Part shown: one piece after another, positions 8,167 to 16,769 of the stretch | How positions within the stretch are numbered: the first letter of the stretch is position 1 | Layout: each line of letters begins with the position of its first letter | Assembly: GCA_030668875.1 (NCBI GenBank) | Contig: DAOVER010000042.1 | Location: 1-24,973 of the forward strand | DNA from: Candidatus Heimdallarchaeota archaeon | GTDB lineage: Archaea > Asgardarchaeota > Heimdallarchaeia > Heimdallarchaeales > Heimdallarchaeaceae | Direction of reading: 5' to 3' | Length of the DNA: 24,973 nt | Notes under the pieces: model-generated | What the model was told of the DNA's origin: nothing | Databases searched by the model: none | The model's input: the letters and a program-made list of their open reading frames with translations, nothing else | Position numbers and translations under genes: made by a program

Positions 8167-11100
8167 TGATAATAGCTCTCCTTAATTGTAGAAAAATCTT
8201 GGTTACTCGTTTGAATAGTAATGTAAGCTATCGGCAGTAAGAATATTGATAATGACAATATATTCTCAATATTAATCATACTAACTACTGAGAAACTAAT
8301 ACTTCCATGTATAGAATCGCTGTAAATCTGATTCATAGCTACAGCAAAGCTTGCTGGAGGAGTTGAAATGAAAACAGATGCAGATGCATTCCATCTATCT
8401 AAATAGAACGTTAAGAAGACAAATGATCCCGCCCCATGGTTTCTAGCATCAACTACTATTGTAGTATTGACAAAACCACTTACATCTGTCACTCCATTAT
8501 ACAGTATTTTGTTATATGGAATAGAGGTGTTTAAAGTAGATGCAAGCTCAGATTTGTAGGTTGCTACATCCGTAACACCTGTATAAGCTTGATAATCTGA
8601 TTCTTGTATGAACCATACTTCTATTGCTTCTCCAGCTATTGCAGTTGGAGCACCTAAAGGAGGTTGCATATAAAGATAGAAATCAAAGTCTTCCCACAAG
8701 AAGAATCCATCTACACCTACATCCAGAACCGTATCATTTAACGTTGTTTCTGTTCGTAGATAATCGATTAGTAACATAACTGAAAATGTATAATTCTGAC
8801 CATAATTTGCCACTAAGAAATATGTGGTATCTTCAGGTAGGGCAAAATAATCTGTTATTCCATCATTTGAATATACCGTTGATGTTCCAGCACCATTGGT
8901 TAGGCCATCACCAATTTTAGTAACATCTTCAGGACCAATTATACCTAATTGTAACTGTTGAAGCTCATCAGACGTTAAAACATAATAGGACACATATCTT
9001 CCAGCTAAAGGCGTTATAAACCCGGGTTCTGCGTAAAGGGTTGTGCTTAAGGAATATGTGAACCCTCTTTGAGCAATATAATAATTATAAAATGTTCCTG
9101 GATCCTCAGGACTTGGTAAGTACTGCGTCGTTGCATTCATCGAAACCGTCGTCAAATATCCCTCAGGAAGAATAACGAAACCCGTTGCATTCAAAGAAGT
9201 GAAACTAATGAAAGCGAAAACAATATACGTCGTACTATCTGGATCTGATGGATTATAAAGTGGATATGCCGTGCTGTTGAAAGTAGGATATACCTCAGCT
9301 CTTCCGATTCCATTCGTTGCTTCATTGCCAAGATCATCAGCAACTGCAAGGAGTTGAGTTGGATTTGTTTGATAGGTTTGATAATCTGCAGCAGTTACTG
9401 CCTTGAAATTAACTATCGCTCCCACTGCAGGGGACCCTTCACTTGAAACATCTGCCCTTACTGTATATTGTAAATTATCAAGAATATACACTTCATCGCT
9501 TCCCACAACTTGTGTTGGAAGTGCGTCATAAGACGCTGGAAGTCCATGCATTGACACATCTACATCATAAGAAGTATAGAGTGTATTTTCACAATAAACC
9601 AAATCGACACCACTAGGATAAGGCCCAATTTGGTATTGTCCCCAACGATGTACTGGGTCAGCACCACCTTCATCTATTGGAAGGAGAGCTTCTACCCAGC
9701 CATAGAGGTTAGCAAAAGCTAATGTTCTATTATTTGGGTCACCACCATTTGGGCTACCTATAGCAAATCCAAAAACAGGTCTTGCAGGAATTCCATTCAA
9801 ACGCATAGTCATAATGGCTAAAGAAAGAAAAGCAGAGATTGAGAAGTCTGTTCTTTCATAAAGAAGTTGTGCTCTATCCCTACCCCCGTTATCAGTTTGG
9901 TCAGCAGTGGGCACCCCATATTCAAGTAGAATTTTGTCAATTATGTAAGCAGCACGTTCATGGAACGTATGGCCTAAATCAGTTGAGTCATTGTTGATTC
10001 CTTCTGCGAAATATATAACTCCAGGAGAAGTTGTCTCATAATTTGTGGGTATTTGGAGAAATCTTTCAACAGCTGGATCAGTAGCATATCCAGGAACATA
10101 ATAATCTGTACAATCATTAATAATAGTCTGAGTATCATCCTGAACAAAATAAGTTGTATAATCGTAAGTACCAACAAAACCTAATATTTCAGCTGAAGAT
10201 TGAAGCAGTAGTTGATCTCTTAATGTATAAACGATATCTGTTGAACCTTCAACTGCTACATTAGTACCATTTTCATCAAGCAGGTAATCATCCCAATGTG
10301 AGATGGAACTACCTTCATCAGTATCATATACACTAAGATGAGGATAATGATATGAGCTCCAAGTTGTAAGTAATGGACTGGTAACTGTTGTTGTGGCCGA
10401 ATAAGCTAACTGCTTGATATCCATACCAATAGCTGTAGGATCTGGTGATCCATAATCTGATCCATCTTGGAGAGCATTAGTTACAGCGTCGTTTGAGGTA
10501 AACTCCCAAGACGTAGAATCATAATAATCGTGAACCTCCCATCTATAAAGGAAGTTACCTAAATCACCATCCAAACCATCCGTGAAAACTTCCGCTACTT
10601 CTTGATTGCCTAATGAACTATTAAAATCTAGAGCATCCAAGAGATCTAGTAAACCATCTATATAGAAGGGTGCAGATCCTTGGAAATTAGCATTAAACCA
10701 ATCAGGATCAATAATTTGTTCATCAATAACTCCAGGAGGTAAGTCACGATATTTGTCTAACATGCTCAAATAAGGACCCATGAATGACATTAAGAGGATA
10801 TAAATTGTGAAACTTGTAAAAAGAATCCTCCAGATATTATGTCTAGAATGCCATTTAAACAACCCAAATGGCCACGATATTATTGGGAGGAGTATGTACA
10901 AAAAGATTGATGCAATAATTCGCAAAATGCTAGGTTTGAATTCAATTCTATATGTTTCAAAAGAGATTAACAACAAGAATACGTTTATTCCAATTGCTAC
11001 ATAAAACAAAGCTAAGATTACAAAGGAAGGCATACCCGGAATCTGCAAATCACCAAAAAGGAAGGTCATTACGACTGTAGTTACTAGTGATATACCAAAA

Positions 11101-11270
11101 ATAATTGAGAATATGATATTTATTGGTTTAATCTTTTTTTCTGCCAACAATTCAGCGGGTAACCAATCTTGTTTTTTCTTAAGCTTTCTCTGCTTAGGAA
11201 CGACAGCGGCTCGAGTTTTCAGTTTACTACCGCTTTTTAATTTTTTAACTTTTTTTGGTTTATCAGACAT
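8163..11270 (-). CDS. Membrane-anchored transglutaminase-like (TgpA/DUF3488-like) protein, 1035 aa, predicted catalytically inactive, with a long C-terminal beta-rich extension
   Basis: Lys-rich N-terminus and 3-4 TMs. LYRWEVHDYYDSTSW resembles TgpA YWR..VYD.FDG..W. Core MRLNGIPARPVFGF...YGWVEA matches the transglutaminase-like consensus R..GIPAR.V.G...HAWVE, but without the Cys, His and Asp. Confidence 0.8.
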   Translation of the reverse strand: MSDKPKKVKKLKSGSKLKTRAAVVPKQRKLKKKQDWLPAELLAEKKIKPINIIFSIIFGISLVTTVVMTFLFGDLQIPGMPSFVILALFYVAIGINVFLLLISFETYRIEFKPSILRIIASIFLYILLPIISWPFGLFKWHSRHNIWRILFTSFTIYILLMSFMGPYLSMLDKYRDLPPGVIDEQIIDPDWFNANFQGSAPFYIDGLLDLLDALDFNSSLGNQEVAEVFTDGLDGDLGNFLYRWEVHDYYDSTSWEFTSNDAVTNALQDGSDYGSPDPTAIGMDIKQLAYSATTTVTSPLLTTWSSYHYPHLSVYDTDEGSSISHWDDYLLDENGTNVAVEGSTDIVYTLRDQLLLQSSAEILGFVGTYDYTTYFVQDDTQTIINDCTDYYVPGYATDPAVERFLQIPTNYETTSPGVIYFAEGINNDSTDLGHTFHERAAYIIDKILLEYGVPTADQTDNGGRDRAQLLYERTDFSISAFLSLAIMTMRLNGIPARPVFGFAIGSPNGGDPNNRTLAFANLYGWVEALLPIDEGGADPVHRWGQYQIGPYPSGVDLVYCENTLYTSYDVDVSMHGLPASYDALPTQVVGSDEVYILDNLQYTVRADVSSEGSPAVGAIVNFKAVTAADYQTYQTNPTQLLAVADDLGNEATNGIGRAEVYPTFNSTAYPLYNPSDPDSTTYIVFAFISFTSLNATGFVILPEGYLTTVSMNATTQYLPSPEDPGTFYNYYIAQRGFTYSLSTTLYAEPGFITPLAGRYVSYYVLTSDELQQLQLGIIGPEDVTKIGDGLTNGAGTSTVYSNDGITDYFALPEDTTYFLVANYGQNYTFSVMLLIDYLRTETTLNDTVLDVGVDGFFLWEDFDFYLYMQPPLGAPTAIAGEAIEVWFIQESDYQAYTGVTDVATYKSELASTLNTSIPYNKILYNGVTDVSGFVNTTIVVDARNHGAGSFVFLTFYLDRWNASASVFISTPPASFAVAMNQIYSDSIHGSISFSVVSMINIENILSLSIFLLPIAYITIQTSNQDFSTIKESYYQ

Positions 11271-11592
11271 GGTTTTGCCTCATATTAGTAAAAGGTACTG
11301 TGCACTAGATGGTTACCCTATTAACGTTATACAACCGCTTTATTCAAAAACTTTTTGTGATATGTAATGACATTGTTTCTCTAAGATATAAAAAAAGAAT
11401 AAGTTTTTTTAAACCAATTCCTTTAACTTCTTATAATTTAATATTTAATATTACTAGTACAGTAAATGTATAAGTATACTAAACAGCTAGAGCTAACTTC
11501 AAAAACGGATGTCATACATTCATTAAAAAACAAACTGAAAACAGTTTTATTTAGCAGTAATAACTATAAAACTATTTCAGTAAAAATCCAAG
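11271..11592. promoter_or_regulatory. Divergent promoter region shared by module 1 (minus) and thyX (plus)
   Basis: 322-bp very AT-rich gap between divergent starts. Candidate BRE/TATA GAAAACAG-TTTTATTT near 11537-11552 for thyX. Short palindromes TACTAGTA and AGTATACT. Exact elements unresolved. Confidence 0.6.
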
Positions 11593-12297
11593 GTGATCAT
11601 TATCCAAGTTAAATTAATTTCTTACCCTGAAGAAGCAGAATTAATAGCAAAAATGGCCGGATTAATATGTTATTCTGGTGAGAAGGTTTTCGAGGAAATA
11701 AAGGAAAAGGCCTCTCTAAAGTCTGATGAATATCTTGAAACAATAATAAAATCTGGACACTTATCGATAGTAGAACACAATGTGTTTGTTTTCTATGTAT
11801 CTGGAATAAGTAGAATAACTTCACATCAATTGGTAAGAAAGAGAATAGCTAGTTTTTCACAGCAATCCCAGAGATATGTTAATGCAGAAAATTTTGAATA
11901 TATTATTCCAGACGAAATCAATAAATCAACTTTTGTAGAAAAATACAAAGAAATTGTAAATCAAAGCCAAGAACTTTATCAAGAAATGGTTAATAATGGC
12001 GTTCCAAAAGAAGATGCGAGATACATTTTACCTAACGCAACTTCCACCCAAATGATAGTTTCAATGAATGGTCATTCACTTATCGATTTCTTAGTAAGAA
12101 GGATTTGCCAAAGATCCCAGAGTGAGATTCGTGAATTAGCAGAGAGGATGCTTGAGGAGGTAAAAAAGGTTGCTCCAGCAATCTTCAAAAATCTTGGTGC
12201 ATTTTGCGATTTCTATGGTTATTGTCCTGAAAACAGTCATTCGTGTGGAAGAGCGCCTACAATAGATGAATTAAAAGAAAAAGCTTCTCTTAAGTAG
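11593..12297 (+). CDS. thyX: Flavin-dependent thymidylate synthase ThyX, divergent at FAD-binding positions; true start may be ATC at 11602
   Basis: GHLSIVEH, SRITSHQLVRKRIASFSQQSQRY, EDARYILPNA, R..QRSQSEIR and a Cys-rich C-terminus (C.....CPE....CG) as in archaeal/clostridial ThyX. Confidence 0.93.
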   Translation: MIIIQVKLISYPEEAELIAKMAGLICYSGEKVFEEIKEKASLKSDEYLETIIKSGHLSIVEHNVFVFYVSGISRITSHQLVRKRIASFSQQSQRYVNAENFEYIIPDEINKSTFVEKYKEIVNQSQELYQEMVNNGVPKEDARYILPNATSTQMIVSMNGHSLIDFLVRRICQRSQSEIRELAERMLEEVKKVAPAIFKNLGAFCDFYGYCPENSHSCGRAPTIDELKEKASLK

Positions 12298-13138
12298 TGT
12301 TATTAATTGAAATATTTTCAATGTCATCTTCAGTTGCAACTGTATCAGAATTTTCCTCTTGTTGTTGATCATCTTGTGTATCTACATCTACAATCTTGGG
12401 CAGAATTGCATTGGTTCTTATTAATACAACAGAATATATTATAGCTACTAAGATCAAAGAAGGACGAATTATGTATTCTGCTATGGAATCTTCGGGTATA
12501 AGGTAAAAAATCATTAAGGCATAAAGGGCAGCAAGGGTAGCGAAAATTATCAATATTAAAGATGGCCACAGCATCCTTTTCAATAGTACAATCCATTTTT
12601 GCAAAGATTTAATTTCTTCAGGAGATGTATATTCAAAATCAGTTTTTATTAAATTGTCCTTATATTGTCGCACTTGTTCTTTTGTATACTGACTCTTTGT
12701 TCTTACAAATGTATGTTCTTGTTCGAAGTATTCCATATAATAAAAAGTTGACAGAAAACGTAAGCCTATACATAACCCGGCCAAGGATTGATATATTATA
12801 ATGTCTACTCTACCCAAAGTAGCTGGGAAAAACATTGAGTTCGGGTTAGCTAGAAGAAGAGACAGTATCGTGCCAAATACAAAGAAGAGTCCAAAAGCAA
12901 CTTCAGAGGACATTTTTATATGAGTTCCTTTTATAAGATCTGTCATCAATATTACTATTCCAAGTACCAACCATATTGTGAAGATATAGATATTCAAACT
13001 AAAAGCTGATTGGATGACAATTAAACTAATAGCTAAAGCTCCAAATAGATGATGGACACTTGCAATGAAAGTAGACCCTAGAGCTGTCAGAGAAGTTAGT
13101 TCCCAATCTTCCTCAAACACTTTGTCCTTTATTCTCAT
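12290..13138 (-). CDS. Hypothetical multi-pass membrane protein (about 6 TMs, acidic tail); last gene of module 2
   Basis: Long ORF with alternating hydrophobic segments. ATGA overlap with DUF58 copy 2. Its stop overlaps the thyX 3' end by 8 bp. Confidence 0.75.
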   Translation of the reverse strand: MRIKDKVFEEDWELTSLTALGSTFIASVHHLFGALAISLIVIQSAFSLNIYIFTIWLVLGIVILMTDLIKGTHIKMSSEVAFGLFFVFGTILSLLLANPNSMFFPATLGRVDIIIYQSLAGLCIGLRFLSTFYYMEYFEQEHTFVRTKSQYTKEQVRQYKDNLIKTDFEYTSPEEIKSLQKWIVLLKRMLWPSLILIIFATLAALYALMIFYLIPEDSIAEYIIRPSLILVAIIYSVVLIRTNAILPKIVDVDTQDDQQQEENSDTVATEDDIENISINNTT

Positions 13139-14517
13139 GATGATCGCCCCACTGCTTCTTGTACCAGTCTCTGGGTTGGAGAGTATTTTTTCATTAATCG
13201 GTATAAAGATAAGATGATATTATCGTCATATCCAAATATATCAACATAATCTCCACGAATTGAATACAGTATTTGACGTAATTCTATCTCCCTTTTTCTA
13301 TATTCTTCACTCACAATACTTGGAAAAACATATTTCAGTATCTCCCCATAATTCATATCTTCTGTCCTATCCAACATCCAGTCATGGGAGGATAGAATAT
13401 TGAAATGCATAGTAGCAAAATTAACAAAAACCACTCTACTCCCCATGGTTTGAAGTAGATGTATGCCCTGTAGTTTTTTTATTAAGTCACCTTCTAAATC
13501 GGAAAATATTATAGCTATAGAATGTATCACATTATTGTTTTTGGTAAATTTAACAGCATTAAGGAAACTACTATGAACACCAGTAGCATCAATATCATAT
13601 AGGTTGAGCATAAGTCTTAGTTCATGCTTTCCTACTTGTGGTATTATGTATTTTTGCACATTTTCAGAATAAGCTATCACAGCCAAATCATGATTAGTGC
13701 CTTTAATCAACGAACATAGTTCAACTACTGAAGATAAAGCATACTCGAACTTGGGTCCATACATAGTACTGCTAAGATCAAGATAAATCAAGAAATGCAA
13801 GTTTCTTTGGTCTTCAAACTCTCTTGATATCAATTTATCATGTCTTGCGGTAGCATACCAATCGATGTGCTTCAGTTGATCCCCAGGTAAATAATCTCGG
13901 AGCGCGAAAAATTCATCGCCTCTTCCCTTAACTCTCTGAGCAAATTCATGAACCATTTTCAACAATAGTTCTTTCTTTGTCTTCCATGGTATGTTAATAC
14001 GAGGTCTTTGAGGTAGTATCTTTATTTTTTGTGTGTCTTTCAATATTCGTTTATGTTTGAAAAGAAACTGAAAGGATCCAACGGAAATCTCAATTGGACC
14101 AATTTCGCCATTTCCTCTTCTAGTGGCAAGCAATAACCAAACAATTTTCGTTTTTTTCTTTGGTGATAATTTGATTAGTACTGTCTCTGCTTTGTCTATA
14201 CTCTTAAAATGAAACGAGAAACTGAGACTAATTTTCGTAAGAATTGTTCTTCTAGATGGATTTGTTAATTCAACTGCTACAGCTAACAAACCTCTACTTC
14301 TCATAAAATCCTTTGAGCAACTCATTTTTGTATTAAAAGAATAAGTATGCGAAAATAAGAAGGAAATAAATGTGGAAGTAATAACTAGCCAGAATAAGAC
14401 ACCAGGAACTATAAGAAGTAAATTATCTATTGCTAGGCCTAATATCACAAATAGACTCCCGAATAGAATGAACGCCTTACCATTCTTTGTAAGTTCAAAG
14501 TGTCTTTCTTCTTCCAT
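13135..14517 (-). CDS. DUF58 family protein, module 2
   Basis: KGRGDEFFALRDYLPGDQLKHIDWYATARHDKLISREFEDQ, YLDLSSTM and IFSDLE; N-terminal TM hairpin; directly downstream of moxR copy 2. Confidence 0.93.
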   Translation of the reverse strand: MEEERHFELTKNGKAFILFGSLFVILGLAIDNLLLIVPGVLFWLVITSTFISFLFSHTYSFNTKMSCSKDFMRSRGLLAVAVELTNPSRRTILTKISLSFSFHFKSIDKAETVLIKLSPKKKTKIVWLLLATRRGNGEIGPIEISVGSFQFLFKHKRILKDTQKIKILPQRPRINIPWKTKKELLLKMVHEFAQRVKGRGDEFFALRDYLPGDQLKHIDWYATARHDKLISREFEDQRNLHFLIYLDLSSTMYGPKFEYALSSVVELCSLIKGTNHDLAVIAYSENVQKYIIPQVGKHELRLMLNLYDIDATGVHSSFLNAVKFTKNNNVIHSIAIIFSDLEGDLIKKLQGIHLLQTMGSRVVFVNFATMHFNILSSHDWMLDRTEDMNYGEILKYVFPSIVSEEYRKREIELRQILYSIRGDYVDIFGYDDNIILSLYRLMKKYSPTQRLVQEAVGRSS

Positions 14518-14538
14518 CGGAAATCTCTGCCTTTTGTT

Positions 14539-15483
14539 TTATATCACGACTTCTACATCAGAAAGGATGTTTTCAATTATCTCAGGAATATGGATTTGTT
14601 CGATTTCTGCTTCTGGAGAGAGTATTAGTCTGTGATTCATAACAGGAAAGAATATCGATTTGATATCATCAGGTTCTACAAAATCTCTACCTCTAATTGC
14701 AGCAATAGATCGACTCAGAGTAAGTAAAGCAATTGATCCTCTTGGACTTGCTCCAAGAGCTAAGGAAGGAATCGAACGTGTTGCAATTACTAGTTTCGCA
14801 ATATACTCAAGAATCTGATTACTTACAGTAACGTTTTTCTCAATTTCTGTTATTAATTTGATAATGGTTTTTTGATTAGTTACTGTCTCAACATCTGCAA
14901 ACATCTTTTCTCTTTTCTTAACAAGCATATCAATTTCTCCGTGAAGAGAAGGAGGATAAACAGGAATCTTAACTAGAAATCTATCAATCTGAGCTTCAGG
15001 AAGAGGATAAACTCCCGTAGATTCTATTGGGTTCTGGGTAGCGATAACCATAAATGGTTCTGGAAGTTTGAACGTTTGATTTCCAGAAGAAACTTGCTTC
15101 TCTTGCATTGCCTCTAACAAAGCAGATTGTGTTTTGGGTGGTGCTCTGTTGATTTCATCTGTCAGTAGTATGCTTGTGAAAACGGGTCCTTCAATAAATC
15201 TAAAAGAACTTGTTTCTCTTTCATATATGTTACCCCCTGTGATATCAGCGGGCATTAAATCGCTCGTAAACTGGATCCTTTTGAAACCCATTTTGATAAC
15301 ATCTGCTAAAGTACTAGCCATCAATGTTTTTGCTATTCCTGGAACACCCTCTAGAAGAACGTGTCCTTCACTTAGAAGAGAAGCAAACATTAGCTCGATA
15401 ACATTATCATTACCCACTATTCGTTTTTTCATTTGCTCCATTATTTTGTCAAAAATATCTTTTGCTTCTTGCACTTTTGTCAT
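14539..15483 (-). CDS. moxR: MoxR-family AAA+ ATPase, copy 2
   Basis: HVLLEGVPGIAKT, RIQFTSDLMPAD, ILLTDEINRAPPKTQSALLEAM, ATQNPIESTGVYPLPEAQIDRF, GRDFVEPDDIK. Confidence 0.96.
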   Translation of the reverse strand: MTKVQEAKDIFDKIMEQMKKRIVGNDNVIELMFASLLSEGHVLLEGVPGIAKTLMASTLADVIKMGFKRIQFTSDLMPADITGGNIYERETSSFRFIEGPVFTSILLTDEINRAPPKTQSALLEAMQEKQVSSGNQTFKLPEPFMVIATQNPIESTGVYPLPEAQIDRFLVKIPVYPPSLHGEIDMLVKKREKMFADVETVTNQKTIIKLITEIEKNVTVSNQILEYIAKLVIATRSIPSLALGASPRGSIALLTLSRSIAAIRGRDFVEPDDIKSIFFPVMNHRLILSPEAEIEQIHIPEIIENILSDVEVVI

Positions 15484-16769
15484 TTAAATCGTCCTCTTTT
15501 TTGTATCTCTTCAAGCATTTTGAAGAGTGAAAGGAAAGTTTTTGAATCAATTTTTCTTGTAAACGCTATTTCGAATAATTCTTTTTCCTCATCTGTAAAT
15601 TTCTCCAAATGAATATAACTTGCCTTCTTCATAAGATAATAATGATAAGCTTTCTGAGGATAAAGCTCATACTGGAAATACAAGTTTGATAGAAACTGTT
15701 CTTCAATCGTTGGTTTTATAGGAGAACCAAAAGTATCGTATAGTTCCCTCTCCCTAGACCAAATCCTATCCGATAAGAATTTCTTATAAGTTTCCTTTGG
15801 TTTGAATCTCTCTCTAAATCTCGGAGTAACATAGTATAAAATCAAAACAATCATAACTAGTAAGAAAATAAAGAGCTGGGTTTTTGATAATAGAACTATT
15901 GTCCCATAAGATTGGTTAATCATTCCCTCTGTTGTTGAAAAGGGCCATCTTTTATGGCTTTCTTCAAAACATACAAGTCTCTCTTCTCCCGAAGAATAAT
16001 GCTCCATCATATAGAGTGCGAGATTAATATTCCCAAAACCTTTGCTATAAAGATCGTTAGTTAGAAAACTTGGGGAAGAAATAACAACAATAAATCCATG
16101 TCCTCTTTTAAGAACTGTACCTACTTGTAAACTAGATGTATCTTCAGAATCAACATCCCAAATACCGTCTTGATTCTCATCTAAAAACGCGGTACTATGA
16201 GTACTTAATATACCGGCAGTCAGTTCTGTCTGTATTGAACTCTCTGCAATGTAAGACAGTTCTCTAGCTTCAATCATGCAAAGGCTAGTGTTTGAATTTG
16301 TAGAATTTAACATAATGATTTCTGGTGTTTTATAATAATAAGTTGTTTCTAATATTGTTGAGGTTGAAAGAAAAACCCCGAAGTGCTTTGCTAGAAGATT
16401 GGTAGGACCAGAACCAGCCAATATTACTAATAGACCACCCTGTAAAACAAAGCTGTCTATTGCTAATGTTTCTGAATCTTGATAGTTTTTAGAGCCTCCA
16501 GCAATGATAAGAGTTGATGATTCTAGAAGTTTAATGATGGGGTCTGTTGACAATATCGTTCTTGTGGTATTATATCCAGATTCAAGAAGCAAGCTGTTGA
16601 AATATGACATGCCCCCAGACCCCGTATTGCTTATAGAATATGGAGGTTGTGCGCTGGTAACATTGATACTAAGGGGGAGGATTATTATTAAAAATATAAC
16701 TAGAGTTTGGATAAGCATTTGGAACAATGGTGAATATTTCTTTGAAAATAGAATCGGCGCAGATTTCAT
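15480..16769 (-). CDS. DUF4350-type membrane protein, module 2 (signal/anchor, GATase-like ectodomain, TM, cytoplasmic tail)
   Basis: YSISNTGSGGMSYF, FVLQGGLLVIL, GHGFIVVISSPSFLTN and VCFEESH match the copy-1 motifs; same position upstream of moxR; ATGA overlaps at both ends. Confidence 0.75.
   Translation of the reverse strand: MKSAPILFSKKYSPLFQMLIQTLVIFLIIILPLSINVTSAQPPYSISNTGSGGMSYFNSLLLESGYNTTRTILSTDPIIKLLESSTLIIAGGSKNYQDSETLAIDSFVLQGGLLVILAGSGPTNLLAKHFGVFLSTSTILETTYYYKTPEIIMLNSTNSNTSLCMIEARELSYIAESSIQTELTAGILSTHSTAFLDENQDGIWDVDSEDTSSLQVGTVLKRGHGFIVVISSPSFLTNDLYSKGFGNINLALYMMEHYSSGEERLVCFEESHKRWPFSTTEGMINQSYGTIVLLSKTQLFIFLLVMIVLILYYVTPRFRERFKPKETYKKFLSDRIWSRERELYDTFGSPIKPTIEEQFLSNLYFQYELYPQKAYHYYLMKKASYIHLEKFTDEEKELFEIAFTRKIDSKTFLSLFKMLEEIQKRGRFK

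Noticed and set aside
11593-12297. thyX as a pseudogene, or as using F420 as its prosthetic group
   Set aside because: The frame and dUMP-binding residues are intact, which argues against decay. A 5-deazaflavin lacks the N5 implicated in methylene transfer, so only an altered reductant or binding mode is kept as a hypothesis.
2027-15487. Two plus-strand ORFs (2027-2308 and 15134-15487) sharing VFAIPGTPS, which looks like a conserved antisense protein
   Set aside because: Both are reverse-complement read-outs of the conserved MoxR Walker A (EGVPGIAKT); the similarity is fully explained by the sense genes.
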